DNA from: Methanobacteriota archaeon
GTDB lineage: Archaea > Thermoplasmatota > Thermoplasmata > RBG-16-68-12
Direction of reading: 5' to 3'
DNA: 64,000 nucleotides
Assembly (NCBI GenBank): GCA_005878525.1
Contig: VBMB01000135.1
Coordinates: 39 to 64,038 of the forward strand
The translations under genes were made by a program, and so were the position numbers. A model generated the notes under the pieces. The model saw only the letters and a program-made list of their open reading frames with translations. It was not told the DNA's origin and ran no database searches. The number at the start of each line of letters is the position of its first letter. Positions within the stretch are counted from its first letter, which is position 1. Of this stretch, positions 20,018-27,744 are shown in pieces.

Positions 20018-20557
20018 ATGATCCTCGTCATCGGAGGGCCGCCCGGCAGTGGCAAGACGACGGTCGCGGAGCGGTGGGCCGCGGCGCGCGGATCGGTCCT
20101 CGTGTCCGCGGGCATGCGGTTCCGGGCGATGGCGAAGGAACGGGGCCTGAGCCTCGAAGCGTTCGGCCGCGCCGCGGAGGGCGATCCGAGCATCGACCGC
20201 GCGCTGGATGCCGCCGTCCTCTCGGAGATCCGGACCCACGTGGCCGAGGGCCGGGACGTCGTGGTCGATGGACGGATTCAGGCGTACCTGCTCGTGAAGG
20301 AGCAGATCCCGTGTCTCAAGGTGCTCATCGATGCGCCGCTCGCGGTTCGCGCGAAACGAATCGCCGGCCGAGAGGGGACGACCGTGGAGGAGGCGAAACG
20401 CGAGATCCTCTCGCGCGAGCGGTCGGAACGGATCCGGTACAAATCGATTTACGGAATCGACGTCGGGGACACCCGAATCTTCGATCTCGTGATCGACTCG
20501 CGGGCGCGGACCCCGGACGAAGTCATCGCGAAGATCGCCGCGCGGGTGGGGGGATGA
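20018..20557 (+). CDS. cmk: Archaeal cytidylate kinase
   Basis: GGPPGSGKTT, SAG..FR.MA, ERIRYKSIYGID. Confidence 0.93.
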   Translation: MILVIGGPPGSGKTTVAERWAAARGSVLVSAGMRFRAMAKERGLSLEAFGRAAEGDPSIDRALDAAVLSEIRTHVAEGRDVVVDGRIQAYLLVKEQIPCLKVLIDAPLAVRAKRIAGREGTTVEEAKREILSRERSERIRYKSIYGIDVGDTRIFDLVIDSRARTPDEVIAKIAARVGG

Positions 20558-21510
20558 GCGACCTCGTCGTCCTCCACGAGGTGCCCGACTCGAAGTACGG
20601 AACGAGACCCGAGGACCGGTCGATCGAGGAACGGATCCGACTCGGCGTGGCGATCGCGGACAAGCCGGCGGGCCCGACGTCCCACCAGGTCAGCGCCTGG
20701 GTGCGGGACATGTTCGGCGTCCCGAAGGCGGGCCACTCCGGCACCCTCGATCCGCGCGTGACCGGCGTCCTCCCGGTCGCTCTCGCCGACGCGACGCGAG
20801 CGCTCGAGGCCGTCCTCGAAGGGGACAAGGAATACGTTGGCGTGATGCAACTCCACCAGGACGTCGACGAGCGGCGCGTCCGGTCCATGATGGGCCGGTT
20901 CGTCGGGGAGATCTATCAGATCCCTCCGATCCGGTCGGCCGTCAAGAGGGAGCAGCGAACACGGCACGTCTACGAGCTCGAGCCGCTCGAGGTCGATGGC
21001 CGGAACGTCCTCTTCCGGGTGCGGTGTGAATCCGGCACCTACATTCGCACCTTGTGCGCGGACATCGGCGATGCGCTCGGCGTCGGCGCGAACCTGGTCG
21101 ACCTGCGCCGGACGCGCGCCGCGACGTTCGGCGAAGCGGACGCCCATCCGCTGAACGCGTTCCGGGACGCGCTCGCCTACTGGAAGGAAGACGGCGACGA
21201 CACGTCCGTCCGCGCGATCCTCCGGCCGGTGGAGGACCTCCTGCGGCATCTGCCGCGGATCGTCGTGAAGGATACCGCCGTGGATGCGATCTGCCATGGC
21301 GCGAACCTCGCGGTCCCGGGCGTCGCGAAGCTGTCCGACCACATCCGGGCCGGCGACCTCGTCGGCGTGTACACGGGGAAGGGCGAGGCGGTCGCGATCG
21401 CGAAGGCGCTCATGACGTCGGATCGGATCATCATCGCGAAGTCCGGTGCCGCCGCGGACACCGCCCGCGTGCTGATGTCCCCGGGGACGTACCCGCGACT
21501 CTGGAAGTGA
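20554..21510 (+). CDS. cbf5: H/ACA pseudouridine synthase Cbf5 (TruB family)
   Basis: DKPAGPTSHQV, GHSGTLDPRVTGVL, CESGTYIR, C-terminal PUA domain. Confidence 0.96.
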   Translation: MSDLVVLHEVPDSKYGTRPEDRSIEERIRLGVAIADKPAGPTSHQVSAWVRDMFGVPKAGHSGTLDPRVTGVLPVALADATRALEAVLEGDKEYVGVMQLHQDVDERRVRSMMGRFVGEIYQIPPIRSAVKREQRTRHVYELEPLEVDGRNVLFRVRCESGTYIRTLCADIGDALGVGANLVDLRRTRAATFGEADAHPLNAFRDALAYWKEDGDDTSVRAILRPVEDLLRHLPRIVVKDTAVDAICHGANLAVPGVAKLSDHIRAGDLVGVYTGKGEAVAIAKALMTSDRIIIAKSGAAADTARVLMSPGTYPRLWK

Positions 21511-21514
21511 GCGC

Positions 21515-22651
21515 GTGTCGGTCGACGCCTGGGGCTTCGACGTCGAACGTCAGGCGACCGCACGTCGGCTACGGTCGCTGCGCATCCGATTGTCGGCGAT
21601 CCGTTCGGCCGTCGCGGCGGCCCTCACGCTAACCCTCGTGTTCGGCGGGGCGGGTGCGTTGCGCGATTGGGTGCTTTCTTTGCACGTGCCCTCGTGGGCG
21701 GCCAAGGTTACGTTTCTGGCCGCCTTGTTCGCGTTCGTGACCGCGATCGATCTCCCGTTTCGCTACGTCGCTGGATATCGGTGGGACCGGGCGTTTGGAC
21801 TGTCCTCTCAACCCTTCGCCGGATGGCTGAAAGATCTTGCGAAGTCACTCGGCCTCGGACTCGCCGCGACGGTCGCAGTGGGCTACGTCTTGCTCTGGCT
21901 GCTCGCCATCTGGCCGACGTGGTGGTGGCTCGCCGCCTGGATGATGAGCCTCGTCGTCTCTATTGTCCTCGCGTTTCTCGCGCCCATCGTACTCGTGCCC
22001 CTGTTCTATCGCTTCCGACCCCTCGGAGATCCGGACCTCCGGGCCCGTTTCGAATCGCTCGCCGCCCAGGCGAAGGTCCCGATCGTGGGCGTGTTCGAGC
22101 TTCGCGCCTCCGAGAAAACACGGCGTTCGAATGCCGCGGTCATGGGCCTGGGGCGGACGCGGCGCGTCGTGGTCACGGACACGCTCCTTCGCGAGTTCCG
22201 GCCGGAGGAAGTGGAGACCGTCCTCGCGCACGAGCTCGCCCATCAGAAGTTCCTCGATCCGCTCCGCGGCTTCGTGTTGGGTTCCGCGACGTCTCTCGTC
22301 GTCCTGGCGGTCGCCGCGTGGATCTATGGGATTCTGTATTCGTCGTTCGGAATTCGCTCGATCGGCGACATAGCCGGGCTGCCGCTCTTGGCGGCGGTGC
22401 TCGGCCTCGTCTCTCTCCCTCTTCGGCCGCTCGAGCTGTGGTGGTCCCGCGCGCGGGAGGCGCGGGCGGATCGATTCTCCCTCGAGCTCACACATGACCC
22501 GGCGAACTTCGCAACGGCGATGGCGAAGCTCCACGACCAGAACCTCGGCGTGGCGGACCCGAAGCCATGGGAGAAGTGGCTGTTTTACAGCCATCCTCCG
22601 GGCCGCGAGCGCGTCGAACTCGCTCGTTCCATTCGCGCATCGCCCGCGTAA
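21515..22651 (+). CDS. M48 (Ste24/HtpX-like) membrane zinc metalloprotease
   Basis: Multiple TM helices, NAAVMGLG, HELAH, EARADRF, YSHPP..ER. Confidence 0.92.
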   Translation: MSVDAWGFDVERQATARRLRSLRIRLSAIRSAVAAALTLTLVFGGAGALRDWVLSLHVPSWAAKVTFLAALFAFVTAIDLPFRYVAGYRWDRAFGLSSQPFAGWLKDLAKSLGLGLAATVAVGYVLLWLLAIWPTWWWLAAWMMSLVVSIVLAFLAPIVLVPLFYRFRPLGDPDLRARFESLAAQAKVPIVGVFELRASEKTRRSNAAVMGLGRTRRVVVTDTLLREFRPEEVETVLAHELAHQKFLDPLRGFVLGSATSLVVLAVAAWIYGILYSSFGIRSIGDIAGLPLLAAVLGLVSLPLRPLELWWSRAREARADRFSLELTHDPANFATAMAKLHDQNLGVADPKPWEKWLFYSHPPGRERVELARSIRASPA

Positions 22652-22700
22652 GAACCGAGGAATCTTTATTACGACGCAGCCGATGGTCACGGCACTGGGT

Positions 22701-22758
22701 GCTGAGGTCGCCTAGTCCGGTGGAGTCCACGCCGACAGTCCCGGAACGGGCTGTTGGC
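22701..22758 (+). other. tRNA-like 5' fragment (positions ~1-20) followed by a GC-rich hairpin, directly upstream of tRNA-Ser
   Basis: GCTGAGGTCGCCTAGTCCGGT matches the 5' end of the adjacent tRNA at 17/21 nt; hairpin GCCGACAG(T)CCCG-GAA-CGGGCTGTTGGC; TATA TTTATTA ~30 nt upstream. Confidence 0.5.
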
Positions 22759-22763
22759 AAAAT

Positions 22764-22872
22764 GCCCGGGTCGCCTAGACCGGTAGGGCGCGGCGCTGGA
22801 GTCGGCCTGAACTACCGCTGCCAGCGACGCCGTGGCTGCAAGGCCTCGGGAGTTCAAATCTCCCCCCGGGCG
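22764..22872 (+). tRNA. tRNA-Ser(GGA) with canonical 37/38 intron 22802-22826
   Basis: GCCCGGG/CCCGGGC acceptor stem, G73, long variable arm, GGGAG-TTCAAAT-CTCCC T arm, BHB CTGG/CCAG. Confidence 0.93.
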
Positions 22873-22873
22873 T

Positions 22874-23920
22874 TCAGCTTTTTCGACGAGCGGCGGCGAG
22901 TTTCTGCTTCAGCGCAACAATCGGCTTGAGCACCATCGGATCGACGCGACGCAGGACCGCCAGATACAAGCTCACGTAATCCCCGAGAAACAACGTGCCG
23001 AGCATCCGGCTCACGAGGGTCGGCCCGTCGTCCCGGATCTCCTCGACTTTCGTCTTCCTGGCGATGAGGGAAACGGTGATGTCGAGCTGTCGTCGCATCG
23101 CCGTGCTTTCGTCGCGGTCACGGAGCAGGATAGGGCGATGCGATCGCGCACGCGGATCCTCGACCCATCCGACGAGTTCGTTATGGTCGGCCTCAGGAAA
23201 CGTGGACGAAAATGCGAGGACCTTCGAGTTCTCGTTCAGCTGCGTCTGCCACCGTCTCGCGACGGCCGAGAAGGGAGGCGCCGCATAGATGATCGGCACG
23301 GTGGCTCGAATGCGGACGGCGAGGGCTTTCGCGCGGTTGGAGCGCATGCCGCTCTCCGGACGCAGTTTCGTGCGGATGGATCTCAAGTGCGCAACGGCCT
23401 CATCGAGCTCGCCTCTCGGATCCGAGTACGTCCAATCCCGACTGATCGCCGCGAGGATCCCGAAGAGATGGCCGAATGCGCCTCGCGGCGGGAGTCCCGT
23501 CGGGACATCGAACACAGAGAAGTCGCTCTTCCTCGCGAGGTCTGCCAGCATTCCACCGGATGTGATCGCGATCACGCGGCACTCGAGCTTGATTCCCTGG
23601 GCCGTCGCGGCCAAGGTTTCTTCCGTGTTTCCGGAATACGACAGCGCCACGAGGATGTCCTCGGACCGCGCGTAGGACGGGAGGTGGTAATCTCGGACGA
23701 CCTGGATCGGGACCTTCGAGCGGTCCGCGACCCACGCCGCGAACACGTCGCCGGCGATCGCCGAGCCACCCATCCCGACCAAGAAAATGCGCTGGGCCTC
23801 GTCGACCGCGAAATGGGTCGCCCTCGCCCGGGTCGCCGCGGCGATTTGGTCGGGGAGAGACGCGATGATGTCTCTCATTCTGCCGGGATCGAGCTGTGCG
23901 ACGGCCCGCGGCTCCAACAT
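22874..23920 (-). CDS. Bifunctional phosphoglucose/phosphomannose isomerase (SIS family)
   Basis: GMGGSAI.GD, SYSGNTEET, ITSGG, NENSK, PEADHNE. Confidence 0.93.
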   Translation of the reverse strand: MLEPRAVAQLDPGRMRDIIASLPDQIAAATRARATHFAVDEAQRIFLVGMGGSAIAGDVFAAWVADRSKVPIQVVRDYHLPSYARSEDILVALSYSGNTEETLAATAQGIKLECRVIAITSGGMLADLARKSDFSVFDVPTGLPPRGAFGHLFGILAAISRDWTYSDPRGELDEAVAHLRSIRTKLRPESGMRSNRAKALAVRIRATVPIIYAAPPFSAVARRWQTQLNENSKVLAFSSTFPEADHNELVGWVEDPRARSHRPILLRDRDESTAMRRQLDITVSLIARKTKVEEIRDDGPTLVSRMLGTLFLGDYVSLYLAVLRRVDPMVLKPIVALKQKLAAARRKS

Positions 23921-24031
23921 CGGGGGGCCCCATGGGACCGCCCAAAATAAGGCCTCCGCCCCTCCGAGTGAAAACCAATAAAGTGGTTCCTACAACAATC
24001 TTGATATACGCCCCCCAGCTGCTCAGATTTC

Positions 24032-24727
24032 GTGGACCTCGCACGCGCGTTGGCCGCCCTGCAGCGAGGCGAATTCATCCTCGTGTACGACGGCGACGGC
24101 CGCGAAGAAGAGACGGACCTGACGATCGCCAGCGAGTTTGTGAAGCCCGAATCCGTCCGCGCGCTCCGCAAAGAAGCGGGCGGTCTGATCTGCACGACCC
24201 TCTCAGGCGAAGTCCGAGCGCGAATCGGCCTCCCGTTCATGGCGGAGGTCTTGCGGCGATCCGGAGTCGCGTATCCGGTCCTCGATGCGATCTCGAAGGA
24301 GGACATGAAATACGATCGGCACAGCGCGTTCTCGATTTCCGTCAATCACCGCGAGACTTTCACCGGCGTGACGGATGTGGACCGGGCCAAGACGATCTCG
24401 CGCTTCGCGGCCATCGCGAAGGAAGCGACAAAACGGGAGAACGGATGGGCGGCCCATAGGTTCGCCGAAGAATTCCGGTCCCCCGGCCACGTGCCCCTCC
24501 TGAACGCCGTGGATCCGCTCCTCGTCGAACGACGGGGTCACACGGAACTCACAACGGCCCTCATGCTCATGGCAGGACTCGCGCCCACCGCGACCATCTG
24601 CGAAATGATGGCGGACGACGGACGAGCTCTCTCGAAGCAAGATGCAAAGGCATATGCTCGGGCGAGGAATCTCGTCTTCCTGGAAGGGCAGGACATCGTT
24701 CGAGCGTGGCGTTCGTGGTCCGTGTAA
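24032..24727 (+). CDS. ribB: 3,4-dihydroxy-2-butanone 4-phosphate synthase
   Basis: YDGDGREEETD, SAFSISVNH, FRSPGHV, RRGHTE, CEMM. Confidence 0.95.
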   Translation: MDLARALAALQRGEFILVYDGDGREEETDLTIASEFVKPESVRALRKEAGGLICTTLSGEVRARIGLPFMAEVLRRSGVAYPVLDAISKEDMKYDRHSAFSISVNHRETFTGVTDVDRAKTISRFAAIAKEATKRENGWAAHRFAEEFRSPGHVPLLNAVDPLLVERRGHTELTTALMLMAGLAPTATICEMMADDGRALSKQDAKAYARARNLVFLEGQDIVRAWRSWSV

Positions 24728-25239
24728 TGGCGACGGGGGTCTTCGATCTCCTCCATCCCGGTCATGTGTATTTCCTCCGCGAGGCCCGAGCGCTCGGCGA
24801 CGAACTCTGGGTCGTCGTCGCCAGGGACAGCACGGCTCGGAAGTTCAAGCACGAACCGATCATGCCGGAGGCGGCCCGGTTCCAGATGGTCGAGGCGCTC
24901 AAGCCGGTCGACCGGGCCGTCCTGGGCCACGAAGGCAATATCTACGACATCCTCGATGAGATCCGCCCGGACATCATCGCGATCGGGTACGACCAGGTCC
25001 ACAGCGAGGAACGGATCCTCGCGGAGTGCCGCAAGCGCGGGCTCACAACAAAAGTCCTCCGGCTCCCGAAGTTCGAAGGGGATCTCGTCGGCACGAGAAA
25101 GATCGTGAGGAAGGTGGCGGAATGGCTCGCGCTCCAAGAACGACTCGACAAAGTCGAACGCGGAAACACGCGTCACGCCGCGGACCCGCCGCCACGGCCT
25201 CGCCGGCGAAAACCGGCGGGCCGAAAGCGAAACGCCTGA
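24706..25239 (+). CDS. ribL: Archaeal FAD synthase
   Basis: ATGVFDLLHPGH, VVVARD, PDIIAIGYDQ; inside rib operon. Confidence 0.9.
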   Translation: MAFVVRVMATGVFDLLHPGHVYFLREARALGDELWVVVARDSTARKFKHEPIMPEAARFQMVEALKPVDRAVLGHEGNIYDILDEIRPDIIAIGYDQVHSEERILAECRKRGLTTKVLRLPKFEGDLVGTRKIVRKVAEWLALQERLDKVERGNTRHAADPPPRPRRRKPAGRKRNA

Positions 25240-25709
25240 AACGGATCGGGATCGTCGACACGTCCTTCTCGCGGTACGACATGGCTTCCGCCGCGATCAA
25301 CGAACTGCGAAAGCAGGGGGAGGGCTTCACGGTCGAGCGGTACACGGTTCCCGGCATCAAGGACCTCGCCGCGGGCGCACGAATCCTGTTCGACCGAGGG
25401 TGCGATCTCGTGTTGGCGCTCGGGATGGTCGGACGCCAGCCCGTGGACAAGGACTGCGCCCTCGCGGCGGACTTCGGCCTCCAAGCGGTGCAGGCCCAGA
25501 TCGGCAGGCACATCCTCGGCGTCATGGTGCACGAAGAAGAGGCCGCGGACGAGGCCGAGCTCGCCGGGCTGTTCGACCGACGGACTCGCGAGCACGCGGC
25601 GAACGCGTACGATCTTCTCTTCCGGCCGGCCGCGATCCGGGCGCGGGCGGGGACGGGTCAGCGGGAGGGATTCGCCGACGCAGGGCCACTCCAGGTGACG
25701 CGGACGTGA
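25236..25709 (+). CDS. ribC: Archaeal riboflavin synthase (probable CTG start)
   Basis: KRIGIVDTSFSRYDM, YTVPGIKDL, VHEEEA, AGTGQREG; only CTG precedes the conserved N-terminal strand. Confidence 0.9.
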   Translation: MKRIGIVDTSFSRYDMASAAINELRKQGEGFTVERYTVPGIKDLAAGARILFDRGCDLVLALGMVGRQPVDKDCALAADFGLQAVQAQIGRHILGVMVHEEEAADEAELAGLFDRRTREHAANAYDLLFRPAAIRARAGTGQREGFADAGPLQVTRT

Positions 25710-26113
25710 GGCTCGTCATCGTCGCCGCGGAGTTCAACCGCGAGGTCGCCGACCTCATGGTGAAGAGAGCTCTTGCGCGGGCGGAAGAACGCGACATCCG
25801 AGTCACGTCCGTTGTCCGCGTGCCGGGCGTATTCGAGATTCCCCTTGCGGTCCAGCGGCTCCTGGAGCGTGCGGATGTCGATGCGGCGGTCGCAATCGGC
25901 GCGGTGATCAAAGGCGAGACCCTGCACGACGAGGCGCTTATGGCCGCGGTGCCGAAGGCCCTGCTTGACATCGAACGGGCGACACACAAGCCGATCGGTC
26001 TCGGGATTACGGGTCCGGGGATGACCGACGAACAGGCGATGGCCCGCGTCGACAAGGGCGCGGAGGCCGTCGACGTGGCCCTCGCGATGCACGAGCTGCT
26101 CCGAGGGATCTGA
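25706..26113 (+). CDS. ribH: 6,7-dimethyl-8-ribityllumazine synthase
   Basis: IVAAEFN, VPGVFEIP, GAVIKGETLHD, GITGPGM; GTGA overlap. Confidence 0.95.
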   Translation: MRLVIVAAEFNREVADLMVKRALARAEERDIRVTSVVRVPGVFEIPLAVQRLLERADVDAAVAIGAVIKGETLHDEALMAAVPKALLDIERATHKPIGLGITGPGMTDEQAMARVDKGAEAVDVALAMHELLRGI

Positions 26114-26191
26114 CGATTTTCCCCTTGAGATTCAAGCCGGAAAGGTTTAATCCCGCACCCGTTCCATGTCGGCCGGCCTGGAGCACACGCC

Positions 26192-26551
26192 ATGGTCGAC
26201 ACGACCGCCCTCGAGTCCCTTCTCCACGAAGTCGAGCAGAACGAGGGTGTGCAGGAGGCGATGCTTGTTTCCCGGGCGGGAACGTATCTCGGGGGGAGCT
26301 TTCCCCGCGGCGTCCACGTGGATACCTTCGGGTCGATGTTCGCCGTCCTGGTCGGCTCCGCGATGACCATCACCGATGAAGCGAAGGATTCGCTCGAGTC
26401 CGTCGTGATCCATTCCAAGTCGAACAAGTACCTCATCGTCCACGCGGGCCGCAAGGCACTGCTCGTGATGCGCCTTCCCCCTTCCGCCGATCCACAAAAG
26501 ACGAAGACCGCGGTCGAGAAGTACATCCCGCGGATCGAGGAACATCTGTGA
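26192..26551 (+). CDS. Roadblock/LC7 (MglB-like) domain protein
   Basis: EGVQEAMLVSRAG, helix, LESVVIHS..YLIVHAG..ALLVM; 119 aa. Confidence 0.85.
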   Translation: MVDTTALESLLHEVEQNEGVQEAMLVSRAGTYLGGSFPRGVHVDTFGSMFAVLVGSAMTITDEAKDSLESVVIHSKSNKYLIVHAGRKALLVMRLPPSADPQKTKTAVEKYIPRIEEHL

Positions 26552-26552
26552 C

Positions 26553-27215
26553 CTAGATCCTTCGCATCCCGCGGAGGATCCACTCGCTCACGGCCTTCGA
26601 CACGTATCGGCCGGTCGCGGCGGCTCCGCGATCCGTCCCCTGCCCCGATGTCCGGCCCTGCGAGAGGAGCTGAAGTACGTCGTCCAAGCGCAACGCGCCG
26701 GCGTCGACGGCGGTCACCCCCTCCGCGACTTCATCGAGAAAGTGACTGTCGCTGCCTCCCGTTTCACCGAGCTTCCGTTCGCGGGCCAATGCTCGCGCGC
26801 GGACGTTCCCCCGTCGAAGCGTCCGGGCGTTGCACGTCTCGTATGCCGGGAACTGGGCCTCTGCAACCGCGGTGGGGCCGAGCCCGGACCAGAACCGGAA
26901 CGGGTGGGCCGCGACGGGGACGCCGCCCAATGCGACGATCCGTTCCGCGGTCTCCGCCACCGAGAGATTCCGGGGGATGACCTCGCGGATTCCATACCCG
27001 AGGACATGGCCGGATCTCGTCGAGACCTCGATTGCCGGGATCACGAGGAAGTCGTGGCCTGCCGCGGCCTCCGCGACCGCGATCCCGCCCACGGAATTGT
27101 GGTCTGTGATCGCGACTCCTGCAAGACGCATCTTTCGGGCGACACCCACAAGCGCCGCCGGATCGACGCGGGAATCGGGAGAGTACTTCGTGTGGTTGTG
27201 GAGGTCGAGGAGCAT
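26553..27215 (-). CDS. PHP-family phosphoesterase
   Basis: DLHNHT.YS.D, AITDHN, IEVST..GHVL, AHPF, GGSDSH. Confidence 0.92.
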   Translation of the reverse strand: MLLDLHNHTKYSPDSRVDPAALVGVARKMRLAGVAITDHNSVGGIAVAEAAAGHDFLVIPAIEVSTRSGHVLGYGIREVIPRNLSVAETAERIVALGGVPVAAHPFRFWSGLGPTAVAEAQFPAYETCNARTLRRGNVRARALARERKLGETGGSDSHFLDEVAEGVTAVDAGALRLDDVLQLLSQGRTSGQGTDRGAAATGRYVSKAVSEWILRGMRRI

Positions 27216-27280
27216 GAAGGGGGCCGCACCGTGGCCCTTTCGCTTAAAGGCTTGCGCACCGGGATTCCCCGCGAGCTCTT

Positions 27281-27741
27281 ATGCGGCCGGGCCTCGATGT
27301 CGAGACCGTGATCGTCGAGTCGAAGCTCGGCATCCTGCGAGACCGAGTGCTTGTCGGCGGCCGAGAAATCGCGGTTCGCCGGGGTCGGCATGGGTGGCGT
27401 CTCGTCGTCGGAGCTCGCGGCGGGGTCGGCCGCGTCCAGTACGATGGCTGGTGGGACCGACTCACGATTCAGTCCCCGTCCGGCTCGTTGGAGATTCGAT
27501 TCCAGTGGCGCAACACGACGTTTCCTTGGCGGGGGCGCATCTACCGCGTCGGCTCGATGCTCGGCAATCGAGTGACCCTCTTCCGGGGCAGCGAACCGGT
27601 TGCCGTCGGTAAGATCACCTGGGGCGGTGTCCGGTTCGAGATGATGGACCCGGAGTTCATGACATCGAACGGGAGCTCGCACTCGGATTCGGCCTCCGCG
27701 CACAGGCGATTGCCGTGGCGGTCATCGCGGGCGTCCACTGA
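27281..27741 (+). pseudogene. Beta-rich hypothetical protein with an apparent 1-nt frameshift near 27660 (pseudogene or sequence error)
   Basis: Protein-like reading continues in a shifted frame as DIERELALGFGLRAQAIAVAVIAGVH* ending 27741. Confidence 0.45.
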
Positions 27742-27744
27742 TGC

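Noticed and set aside
22873..22878. TTCAGC after tRNA-Ser as the acceptor partner of GCTGAG at 22701 (nested tRNA)
   Set aside because: It is the reverse complement of the pgi/pmi stop region and no second T arm exists
23925..24031. FMN riboswitch before the rib operon
   Set aside because: Only ~110 bp holding divergent promoters; no RFN consensus
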